A stretch of 50,443 nucleotides of DNA from a candidate division WOR-3 bacterium. Lineage in GTDB: Bacteria; Hydrothermota; Tepidihabitantia; B3-TA06. The notes under the pieces were generated by a model. It had not been told where the DNA came from. It searched no databases and saw only the letters and a list, made by a program, of their open reading frames with translations. The first letter of the stretch is position 1. Each line of letters opens with the position of its first letter. The stretch spans positions 67,010 to 117,452 of the forward strand of contig CBFGKC010000008.1 of assembly GCA_965649265.1 (NCBI GenBank), read 5' to 3'. Made by a program: the position numbers and the translations under genes. Positions 38,723 through 46,796 of this stretch are shown one piece after another.

Positions 38723-38906
38723 CCCGTACCCCTGCGGGGACCATCTGTCAGGATGAAGTCAATCCAGGGGACTTTAGTCCATCGTTATGAAATGAAATCC
38801 CCCTCCCCCCTCCGGGGAGGGGGATGCTTTTTTAGTTGAATTAACCGGCCTCGGCTTCCTCAAAACTCTCGATGCGCTCTGCCCTTCGCTCCCCTTGCGA
38901 CCAGTG

Positions 38907-39572
38907 TCAAGAACGAGCCGTGATCGTTGGTTTGGAACCGCCTGCCTCGGACTGATCGAGCCGATTGAACGCCCACTTGAGGCCCTCCGAAAGGTTTGCA
39001 AGCGTCTCGACGTCCGAAAGATCCACGCCGAGGTGAATGATGGTCTGGGCCACGTCCGGCCTTATTCCCGTTATCACGCACTCGGCGCCCAGAAGCTTGA
39101 CCGCCGTTACCGTCTTGATGAGGTGGTTGGCCACCGCCGAATCCACCGTCGGTACGCCCGTGATATCGAGTATCGCCACTCTTGTCTGAGTCGCGGCTAC
39201 ATCGGTCAACAGCGACTCCGTGAGTCTCTGTGAACGCCGCGTGTCTATGGCTCCTATGAGTGGCAGAACGAGCACTCGCTCCCAAATCTTTATTATCGGC
39301 GTCGAAAGCTCCTCTATCGACCGTCGCTGCTGCTCAATGAGATCGAGCTTCTGTTTCTGCTCGTATACAAGCTGCTCTGCGAGAAAGTTGACCGAGTACT
39401 CCACCGGTGTAAAATCATCCTCCTCTGAATCGTCCACCTTCAGGCGCGCACCGTACTCCCCGGTCGCTATCGAAGACATGATATCGATTACCCTGTTAAG
39501 GCGAGTCTTCGGAATCGCGATCATTTCCCTGCTTTGTTTCTCCTGCGGATTCATAGGTTCCTCCTCCGGCAT
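38907..39572 (-). CDS. RsbR-like STAS protein (type A)
   Basis: RLNRVIDIMSSIATGEY..EDDFTPVE N-domain shared with 21560-22258; RsbR STAS motifs; TAATG coupling to the upstream gene. Confidence 0.88.
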   Translation of the reverse strand: MPEEEPMNPQEKQSREMIAIPKTRLNRVIDIMSSIATGEYGARLKVDDSEEDDFTPVEYSVNFLAEQLVYEQKQKLDLIEQQRRSIEELSTPIIKIWERVLVLPLIGAIDTRRSQRLTESLLTDVAATQTRVAILDITGVPTVDSAVANHLIKTVTAVKLLGAECVITGIRPDVAQTIIHLGVDLSDVETLANLSEGLKWAFNRLDQSEAGGSKPTITARS

Positions 39573-39928
39573 TATTTACCCTCGTTAAGCCAGGTTCGCG
39601 CTTCAGGCTCGGTCTTCACGAACCTCGATTCATCTATACCCGGCAGCATTTTCAATATGAAGCCTCCAAGAATTCGCAGCTTGGTAGAGGCGCCGATAAT
39701 CGCCAGTTTGGACATGACGAATTTGCTTCCCATAACGCGAAGGGTTTCCCTGGATTCGGGCGGAACGTCAGTGAGATATTTGACATCGATCGCTACCTTG
39801 ATTTTATCGCCGGGCCTTACGAAATTGCTCAATTTAGCTATCAAATCCTCGACCTGTTCGGGAACCAGGTCTCCTTCAAGGTTCAAAAAGACTTTGTCCG
39901 GGGGCTCGAATAGGATCATTTCTTTCAA
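39572..39928 (-). CDS. STAS/SEC14 (SpoIIAA-like) protein, FEPP type
   Basis: FEPPDKVFLNLEG, VAIDV..LTDVPPESRE, FVKTEPEARTWL; TTG start after AGGAGG; TTGACA-16-TATAAT promoter at 40130-40103. Confidence 0.82.
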   Translation of the reverse strand: MKEMILFEPPDKVFLNLEGDLVPEQVEDLIAKLSNFVRPGDKIKVAIDVKYLTDVPPESRETLRVMGSKFVMSKLAIIGASTKLRILGGFILKMLPGIDESRFVKTEPEARTWLNEGK

Positions 39929-40605
39929 GGTAACCTCCTAACTTTTTGAAACCCGCGCGAACCGGGTCTCCGCGTTGAGCTTTTGTCGTTGCTGCTTCAC
40001 ACGTATCAATCCCTGAAATCCAGAGAAGCGCGCGAAGCGCCATCCTCTCAGGTTCCATACCTTGAAAGAAAAATGGTAAATCTTAATCGAAGATTAATTA
40101 CCATTATAAAATAACCAAAACCCCTGTCAAGAGCCCCCCTCAGAGCCCTCCTCAGCTTTTCTCAGAAACCACATGACTGAAAAAGCATTGACATAGCCCA
40201 GACTGCACGGTCGAACGAAGTTCGACAAGCGACATCCGATGTCGCCGCCCTCCTCAGCCCCCCTCAGAGCCCCCCTCAGAGTTCCTTAGAGAATGCCCAT
40301 TATTTGTTTGAAATGTCTCAGACGAAGTGAAGTTTTGCGTCCAAACGATAATAGTTAGGTAAAACTTCCCAGCGCCTCCGGCGCTCCTCCTTGATATATA
40401 GAAGTGGAATGGTGGAAGCGAAGGTGCTCCCGGCGTTTTTCATTCGCCGGCTTTCACTCAGCACATCTAAGAAATCATTGGCGGAGAATCCGTATGCTTG
40501 AAGAGTTTGCCCGTGGTCGGCTGAACTGGCGCCCTATGCGCATGTGTGAAACAAGCGAAATATCTGGCTGCTCTGGAACACCTCAACCCGCCTGAAATTT
40601 AAAAT

Positions 40606-40992
40606 TTACCTTTGCGCAGATTCTGCTTTTTTGTCAGCCTTCAGCCACGCAATGGCGTCGGTCTCCTTGTCAAAGAAGCCGACAATGTCTTTCTTTCCTA
40701 TCGCGACCAGGAGGATCTTTGAAACCATCCGGAGTGCAGGCTTTGCACCCCATACTGCAATCTTGCCCCAGTCGAACGTGACAGCTTCGTTGCGTAAAAG
40801 CTTGCGCGTCTCCTTGTCCGGTATTTCCTGTGCAGGCTCCGCAACGAATGCAAGAATCCTGCGCGTTTTTTCGATACCGAATTTCTCCCTGATATCCCTG
40901 AAAAAACTGTGAACGGCCGGAACATCGTACCTTTCCAAAACCCCAATGCGGAGAATGCCCTCTTTCTCGTCATACTCGGCGCTGTATTTCAT
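40606..40992 (-). CDS. STAS/SEC14 (SpoIIAA-like) protein, YDEKEG type
   Basis: EYDEKEGILR, WGAKPALRMV, FFDKETDAIAWL; ATG 40992 after GGAGG. Confidence 0.82.
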   Translation of the reverse strand: MKYSAEYDEKEGILRIGVLERYDVPAVHSFFRDIREKFGIEKTRRILAFVAEPAQEIPDKETRKLLRNEAVTFDWGKIAVWGAKPALRMVSKILLVAIGKKDIVGFFDKETDAIAWLKADKKAESAQR

Positions 40993-41046
40993 AGTGTCCT
41001 CCATGTATTTCCATATCTTTTTTTGCCCTCCGCCGAGAATTTCGAT

Positions 41047-41200
41047 AGGATATCTTTATTTTCGTGCTTGTCAACATCCCTTCGCGTCTTTTTACGGTCT
41101 AAGAAACCTGGAAATATCACCTTAAAAATATTGCCGACAGTATAATTTTATCAGAGTTATCTTTAATTTATATTGACAAGCCTTAATTGCTAACTACACT
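41047..41200. promoter_or_regulatory. Back-to-back sigma70 promoters, module 6
   Basis: Minus: TTGACA(41074-69)-16-TATCCT. Plus: TTGACA(41173-78)-16-TACACT. Confidence 0.62.
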
Positions 41201-41305
41201 TTTATTGTATGTGAGGAGGGGGAAGTCTTCTCATTCAGAAGACTCCCTGGCGGATTTGCGGTGTATTCTGAAAAGGGCTAAGGCAAAAAACGCCAAGGAG
41301 GATTC

Positions 41306-42448
41306 ATGTCCGATAAGTACTCCAACGATTCTGAGTTCGTGATTGATCTGAGAAAGGGTATATGGGATTTCATTGAGGGCGGCGCCGTTCAACCCGGAAC
41401 GGACGACAAGTTCAACGATTTAGCTCTGCGCCTCTTCGAATACCAGTTTTCGAAGAACATCCCATATCAGAAATTCTGTGTGAAACGCGGAGTAACACCG
41501 GACAAGATAGATTCGTGGGAGCGGATTCCTGCGGTGCCCGTCAACGCCTTTAAGGAGGTGGCGCTCTGCACGTTTGCGCCCGAGGATGCCGACAAGGTAT
41601 TCCTCTCTTCGGGCACCACCGATCCCGCGAAACGCTCCAAGGTGTACGTCGACAAGGAGGGGCTTCGCTTCCTTGACCTCTCCTATATACGCTCTGTCGA
41701 GGCCTATGTCTTTCCGCGTTCGGAGAAGCTTCGCTCGCTTCTCATGTTCCCGGGACCGGACGTGTTTCCTCCCGACTCCGTTTTCGTCTACGGCCCCATG
41801 AAGACGATTGCAGGTCACTACCTTGAGCCCCTCGAGTTTTTCGTAACCAAGGAAGGCTTTAACCTGCCCGGTCTCATCGAGCGCATGAAGCGCGCGGAGG
41901 CCGAGCAGGAGCCCGTGCTCGTCATGGGCGCAACCTTCGGCTGGGTTCATGTGTTCGACTTCTGCAAAGCCCAGGGCATCAAGTTCAAGCTTGCCGAGGG
42001 CTCGCGATTCCTCGACGGCGGCGGCTACAAGGGCAAGTCGCGCGAGATGACCAAGGAAGAGTACTTCAAACTCGCCGGGGAGATATCGGGTATACATCCC
42101 GCGTACCTGTTGAACAGCTACGGGATGAGTGAGAGCCAGAGCATCTTCCCCGACAATGCCTTGTACAATTATTTGAACGGCAACGAATCGGAGCCGCGCT
42201 ACAAGATGACGCCCGCATGGGCGAGGGTGGTCATGGTCGATCCCGAGACGCTCGATCCCCTGCCCAAGGGCGAGAAGGGTCTCGTGAAGATATACAGCCT
42301 TTCCAACATCCATACAGTCATGGCCCTTCAGACCGACGACATCGGCCACGAGATAGGCTCCGGTTTCGAGGTGGTGGGACGCGCCATGGGTGCCGAATCC
42401 CGTGGCTGCTCCATCGCCATGGATGAGATTGTCAACGCTCAAAAGTAA
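41306..42448 (+). CDS. luxE: LuxE-family acyl-protein synthetase, copy 6
   Basis: SSGTT, GATFG, DGGGYKGK, YGMSE, QTDDIG, RGCS; AAGGAGG RBS. Confidence 0.85.
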   Translation: MSDKYSNDSEFVIDLRKGIWDFIEGGAVQPGTDDKFNDLALRLFEYQFSKNIPYQKFCVKRGVTPDKIDSWERIPAVPVNAFKEVALCTFAPEDADKVFLSSGTTDPAKRSKVYVDKEGLRFLDLSYIRSVEAYVFPRSEKLRSLLMFPGPDVFPPDSVFVYGPMKTIAGHYLEPLEFFVTKEGFNLPGLIERMKRAEAEQEPVLVMGATFGWVHVFDFCKAQGIKFKLAEGSRFLDGGGYKGKSREMTKEEYFKLAGEISGIHPAYLLNSYGMSESQSIFPDNALYNYLNGNESEPRYKMTPAWARVVMVDPETLDPLPKGEKGLVKIYSLSNIHTVMALQTDDIGHEIGSGFEVVGRAMGAESRGCSIAMDEIVNAQK

Positions 42449-42460
42449 AGGGTTAAAAAA

Positions 42461-43894
42461 ATGTCTGCTCCATCAACTTTAAATTTGCCTGCTTTTTACA
42501 TCCCAGGCCTTGCCAAGGCCGACCTTGGGGAATTTACCTCTCTGGAGTTCGGGTATACGGAACAAAAGGTAAGGGTGGAATCCCCTAAGCTTACGCCCGA
42601 GCTTTTGAAGAGGATAATCAAGGATATCAAGGATGCCCGCGAGAACTACCTGGTGCATCAACCCGTTCACAAGATATTGAATACAATAGATAAGGTCATG
42701 AACCTGTGGAAGGATCCTTCGTATCCACTGCGCAAGCTGGCGCAGGAGCTTCTGCCTACAATCACAGGTTTCTCCGCGTCCATGATTTCCCAGATTCTCT
42801 CGAGCTTCATGACCATGATGAACGGCGACACCCTCAAACTCCTGCTCAAGGAAGAACTGGGCGACCCGCTCGTGCTCGACGAGTTCCGTCCGCGCCAACA
42901 CGCTGACGGTCTTTCACGCGCCTACGGCCCGGAACTCACGACGGCGGTTTTCGCCGGCAACGTGCCCGCGATAGCCCTCCCGAATACTATCTACGCCCTT
43001 CTCATGAAGTCGGCCATTCTCGGCAAATCATCCTCAGAGGAGCCGCTGTTCGCGACGCTCTTCGCCCAGTCAATCGCGGAAGTAGATCCCGACCTCGCCC
43101 GCTCGGTCGCAATGGTCGCTTGGAAGGGCGGCGACGAGGAGATAGAGCGCATTGCGTTCGGCGCGGCTGATGCAGTGGTCGTTTACGGCTCCGAGCACTC
43201 CGTGAACGAGGTACGAAAAAGGGTCCCCCCCGGGGTGCGTTTCATCTCCTACGGTCACAAGCTCAGCTTCGGTGTCATCGGCAGAGAGGCTCTTTCACAG
43301 GACAAGGTCAAACGTACCGCGATGCTTGCCGCAACCGACGCCTCCGTTTTTGACCAGCAGGGGTGCCTCTCTCCTCACGTCTTCTACGTCGAAGAGGGCG
43401 GCGATACTACCGCAAGGGATTTCGCCGGGCTGCTTGCCGAGGCCATGGAAACATTCAATATAGGAATACCGAGAGGTAAGATTTCCCCGGACGAAGCGGC
43501 CAACATCAACCAGCTGCGCGGTCGCTACGAGTTCAGGGAGTACTCAGACGATGGAATCGCGCTCCATACGAGTTCACCCGGCACGGACTGGACGGTCATC
43601 TTCGAGCAAGATCCCAAGTTCGAGCCCTCGTGTCTTAACAGGACAATCAGAGTGAAGCCCGTAAAGGACGTGATGGAGGTTGCCGAACTCGTGAAGCCTT
43701 TAAAGGCCTATCTTCAGACGATGGGTGCTGCGCTGCCCGAATCTCGCGTCATCCCTCTCGCGGAAGAGATGGGCAAGCTGGGTATGGACCGAATACCACC
43801 TCTCGGTCGCATGACCGCACCTTCGCTTCTCTGGCGTCATGACGGGCGGTTCAACCTTCTGGACTTCCTTCGCTGGACAGACGTAGAAAAATGA
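42461..43894 (+). CDS. luxC: LuxC-family acyl-CoA/acyl-protein reductase, copy 2
   Basis: AGNVP, KSSSEEP, WKGG, YGHKLSFG, catalytic DQQGCLSP, HDG; paralogue of 34484-35911. Confidence 0.88.
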   Translation: MSAPSTLNLPAFYIPGLAKADLGEFTSLEFGYTEQKVRVESPKLTPELLKRIIKDIKDARENYLVHQPVHKILNTIDKVMNLWKDPSYPLRKLAQELLPTITGFSASMISQILSSFMTMMNGDTLKLLLKEELGDPLVLDEFRPRQHADGLSRAYGPELTTAVFAGNVPAIALPNTIYALLMKSAILGKSSSEEPLFATLFAQSIAEVDPDLARSVAMVAWKGGDEEIERIAFGAADAVVVYGSEHSVNEVRKRVPPGVRFISYGHKLSFGVIGREALSQDKVKRTAMLAATDASVFDQQGCLSPHVFYVEEGGDTTARDFAGLLAEAMETFNIGIPRGKISPDEAANINQLRGRYEFREYSDDGIALHTSSPGTDWTVIFEQDPKFEPSCLNRTIRVKPVKDVMEVAELVKPLKAYLQTMGAALPESRVIPLAEEMGKLGMDRIPPLGRMTAPSLLWRHDGRFNLLDFLRWTDVEK

Positions 43895-43921
43895 CATCAT
43901 AGTTGATCCTTACGAAAAATT

Positions 43922-43949
43922 AAAGGCCCGGTTTGCCGGGCCTTTTTTT
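43922..43949. terminator. Rho-independent terminator between luxC2 and tRNA-Cys, possibly bidirectional
   Basis: AAAGGCCCGG-tttg-CCGGGCCTTTTTTT. Confidence 0.8.
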
Positions 43950-43961
43950 ATTGAACCTTAA

Positions 43962-44033
43962 AGGCGGCACCCGGATTTGAACCGGGGAATAATGGTTTTG
44001 CAGACCATCGCCTTGCCACTTGGCTATGCCGCC
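43962..44033 (-). tRNA. tRNA-Cys (GCA), CCA not encoded
   Basis: Minus strand GGCGGCATAGCCAAGTGGCAAGGCGATGGTCTGCAAAACCATTATTCCCCGGTTCAAATCCGGGTGCCGCCT: acceptor stem GGCGGCA/TGCCGCC, anticodon GCA, TTCAAAT T-loop, U discriminator. Confidence 0.96.
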
Positions 44034-44036
44034 ATA

Positions 44037-45452
44037 TTACGAAATGTCGTCAGTTGTGAGATTGCCGGTTTTCGTCCTGAAGAGCCGTGTGTCGAAATGT
44101 GTGTCCAATTTCTGCTGGGCATCGCGCAAACGCTGGTCTTTCACGGCCAGATAGCGTGTCGTAGTCTCGATTCTCGTGTGACCAAGAAGCTTCTGAATTA
44201 CACGTTCGCTCTCGCCCAGTTCCAGGAGAACGGTTCCGCACGTCCTGCGGAGATCGTGAAAGCATGCATTCATGATTCCCGCTCTTTCGAGGGCCGCTTT
44301 GAAACCCTTGTCGAATCCCTGAATGAAAGATTCACCGTTGCTTTTCGTGAAGACGTAGTCGCTCTTGCGTTCGATGTAGAGGCGTTCAAAGAGACTGCCC
44401 AGGAGCTTTCCGTTGATGCTTATCGTCCTGTTCCTGTGGGTTTTCGTGTTTCTCAGTCTAATTTCCTTTTTTTCGAGATCGACGTCCAACCACTGCAGCG
44501 TTCGAATCTCCTTGCGTCTCATTCCTGTGAGCAGGGCGGTGATAACGATAGGGCGAAGAGTTTCCGAGCACTCACCAAGCAGACGTTCAATCTCGTCTTC
44601 CGAATATACACGGTCTCTGGATTCAGATTCCCTGAGCTTCTCGACGTTCTGTATCGGCGCATAGGGGAGCCATTCCCATTGAACGGCTTTCTTGAGCGCG
44701 GAAAGCAGGAGTGTGATGTCTCTATTTATAGTCGCACCCGATTTACCTTGCATGAGTCTCTGGGATTGGAATTCTTCGATACCCTGTTGCGTGATCATCG
44801 CTATGTCTCTATCCGAACCGAAGAAAGCGAAGAGCTGTTTTGAGGATTCACGATAACGCACGAGCGTGTTATCGACTACGCGTCCGGTTTTGAAGTTCAA
44901 GTAACGCTCAAGGAGTTCCGCGAGTGTATGAGCTTCCTTTGAGGGTTTCGAATAGCCCATGAGTCCTGAGATGCCCAGTAGATTTGCAACCTCACTACTG
45001 ATTTTCAAAAGAGCCTCTTCGTAATCACTCGTTTCGAGGGATTTACGATACCTTTTCCCGTCTATGTAAAAGCTCAACTGCCAGACATTCTTACGTTTGG
45101 TCAGTTGCATTTTCTTAATGCCTATTCTAGTTAGCTCAGGCCAGTTGTCAACGGTTTTTAAAGACAGCTTGTTCTTCCCTTTATACTCGATCCCTTTCTG
45201 ATAGTCGGGAGGGTTCTCGGCAATCGATTGCGGTAATTCAATTTTCGAATAAACCTCTTCCTTTTGAAAGCGCACTATCCTCGAACCGTCGATACGCACT
45301 GGTTTGATTAATCCTCTCCGACCCCAGCTATATACGGTCTTCCGGGAAGTTGAGAATAGAGATGCAATCTCCTCAGCGCTAATAAACTCCGGAGGAGGCT
45401 TCGTGGTTGCTAAACGTAATGAGGAGTCAATCATGTTTCCGTCTTGAGCCAT
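44037..45452 (-). CDS. Tyrosine recombinase/integrase with a fused N-terminal excisionase-like HTH
   Basis: Catalytic residues intact (TGMRRKEI, KT, FHDLRR, LLGH, TTRY); arm-binding-like WQLSFYIDGKRYRKSL; N-terminal FISAEEIASLFSTSRKTVYSWGRRGLIKPVRI HTH. The start may be 45434. Confidence 0.92.
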   Translation of the reverse strand: MAQDGNMIDSSLRLATTKPPPEFISAEEIASLFSTSRKTVYSWGRRGLIKPVRIDGSRIVRFQKEEVYSKIELPQSIAENPPDYQKGIEYKGKNKLSLKTVDNWPELTRIGIKKMQLTKRKNVWQLSFYIDGKRYRKSLETSDYEEALLKISSEVANLLGISGLMGYSKPSKEAHTLAELLERYLNFKTGRVVDNTLVRYRESSKQLFAFFGSDRDIAMITQQGIEEFQSQRLMQGKSGATINRDITLLLSALKKAVQWEWLPYAPIQNVEKLRESESRDRVYSEDEIERLLGECSETLRPIVITALLTGMRRKEIRTLQWLDVDLEKKEIRLRNTKTHRNRTISINGKLLGSLFERLYIERKSDYVFTKSNGESFIQGFDKGFKAALERAGIMNACFHDLRRTCGTVLLELGESERVIQKLLGHTRIETTTRYLAVKDQRLRDAQQKLDTHFDTRLFRTKTGNLTTDDIS

Positions 45453-45607
45453 AGAGGCAGGATATAATGAATTGAAAAACCATAGACGATTTCTATCAGG
45501 AACATAATTCGCCCGATAGATCTGATAGAAACAAAATCGGGTCTCGTATTGAGATAGATGGGAGAAGGTCTTATACCCAATCTCTTTGTCTTACTTGTGC
45601 ATTTCAT
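45431..45607 (-). CDS. Possible 58-aa small ORF coupled to the integrase
   Basis: AGGAG RBS and ATG 45607; its TGA overlaps the integrase ATG at 45434 (ATGA). Confidence 0.25.
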   Translation of the reverse strand: MKCTSKTKRLGIRPSPIYLNTRPDFVSIRSIGRIMFLIEIVYGFSIHYILPLWLKTET

Positions 45608-45695
45608 TTGATCTCCTGGTTGTTTGAATCCTTATTACTCTTTCGAGTTTTTCTTTATTACCTGATTAAAGTTTATGTTGTCAGACCTTGAAGCG

Positions 45696-45723
45696 AAAAG
45701 CAGGGCGGCGAACCGCCCTGCTT
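45696..45723 (-). terminator. Rho-independent terminator
   Basis: Minus strand AAGCAGGGCGG-ttcg-CCGCCCTGCTTTT, just after the stop of 45738-46481. Confidence 0.75.
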
Positions 45724-45737
45724 ATTGTATAGATTGT

Positions 45738-46481
45738 TTAGTTCCGACAAGGTTTCCTTTTTCGGGTGAGGATTAGGGTTAGTAGCTTCTGCTCAACGGT
45801 ATCAGCAAATGTACTAGTGAACATTGTCAGATGAGTATCGAATATTGAATACGCTTTATGTGCATCGATCGGGTTCATTTCAGAATGGAGTGCCTCAAGG
45901 TAACCTGTCCTAAGACTTGTAATAAGACTTGTCAGGAGGTCCGATTCCCCATGCATTTCATTTTGAATTCCCTCAAGATCATGAATTTTGTTCTGAACCT
46001 GTAAGAACGTTTTAGCTAGCATTTCTTTCTCTTCTTTAGAATAAACGTTCTTACGATCCAACTCGCTGTAAAGTAGACCAATGACTCGTTTTAAGATCTC
46101 TATTCGATAATCAATAGTTTCAAATGTATTAGGTATTTGATCGTTGTAGAAATCCGTATCTGAATCTTCAGTCGATTGCAATATAGATTTGAGTATATTG
46201 ACAGTAGGGTCTTCGCCAGATCTTTGAGGTTGAGGTTCTTTCGAAGTTTCAAGTAGACTATTAATCCTTTTTTCTCTCTCATCTGAGAGGTAGCTAGCCA
46301 TCGGGCTGTATACTTTCTCATCATCCATTAGGAAGGAAAGGGCTTTTTCAAAATCAAAGTCAAGAACCTTGTTTGGGGTTTTTAGGTCAACGTTATTTCC
46401 CTCAACAACCTGTTGAGAAACGGTATTATTAGAGATCATGTAATCTCCTATAGTTTTAGTGTTATTTTTCAATTGCATCAA
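45738..46481 (-). CDS. Hypothetical helical protein
   Basis: 247-aa ORF in AT-rich DNA followed by a terminator; likely start MISNN after AGGAG. Confidence 0.6.
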   Translation of the reverse strand: MMQLKNNTKTIGDYMISNNTVSQQVVEGNNVDLKTPNKVLDFDFEKALSFLMDDEKVYSPMASYLSDEREKRINSLLETSKEPQPQRSGEDPTVNILKSILQSTEDSDTDFYNDQIPNTFETIDYRIEILKRVIGLLYSELDRKNVYSKEEKEMLAKTFLQVQNKIHDLEGIQNEMHGESDLLTSLITSLRTGYLEALHSEMNPIDAHKAYSIFDTHLTMFTSTFADTVEQKLLTLILTRKRKPCRN

Positions 46482-46796
46482 GCCATCGTTCGGGTCTTTA
46501 AAGCAGACTCCAATGGGATGCCTTTTTGAAGCTTGGGATTACTTATGAAAGCGTAGAAGAACAGAAGCCGCTAGAGTTTTGGGGTTTCAAAACGAAAGTC
46601 GTTTGCATGATGGAATGGATCTTTCTTAGTCAACGGGATTATTATGGAGGTACACACCTTCTTTTCCTACCCGTAGATGCAGAAATCAAGGATCAGAATC
46701 GTATTAATTCATGCGGAGTTTAGTTTTATTGTGAGGTTTTATAGATTTCCAAGATAAATGGGGAATGCAATCCAAGCTTACAATGTATAAAGCAAC

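Noticed and set aside
24230-43894. Bioluminescence (lux) operon
   Set aside because: No luxA/luxB luciferase, luxD or luxG in the window; the luxE/luxC homologues are multiplied and tied to STAS genes instead.
43977-44843. 288-aa plus-strand ORF
   Set aside because: Antisense shadow of the integrase that also overlaps tRNA-Cys; no recognisable motifs.
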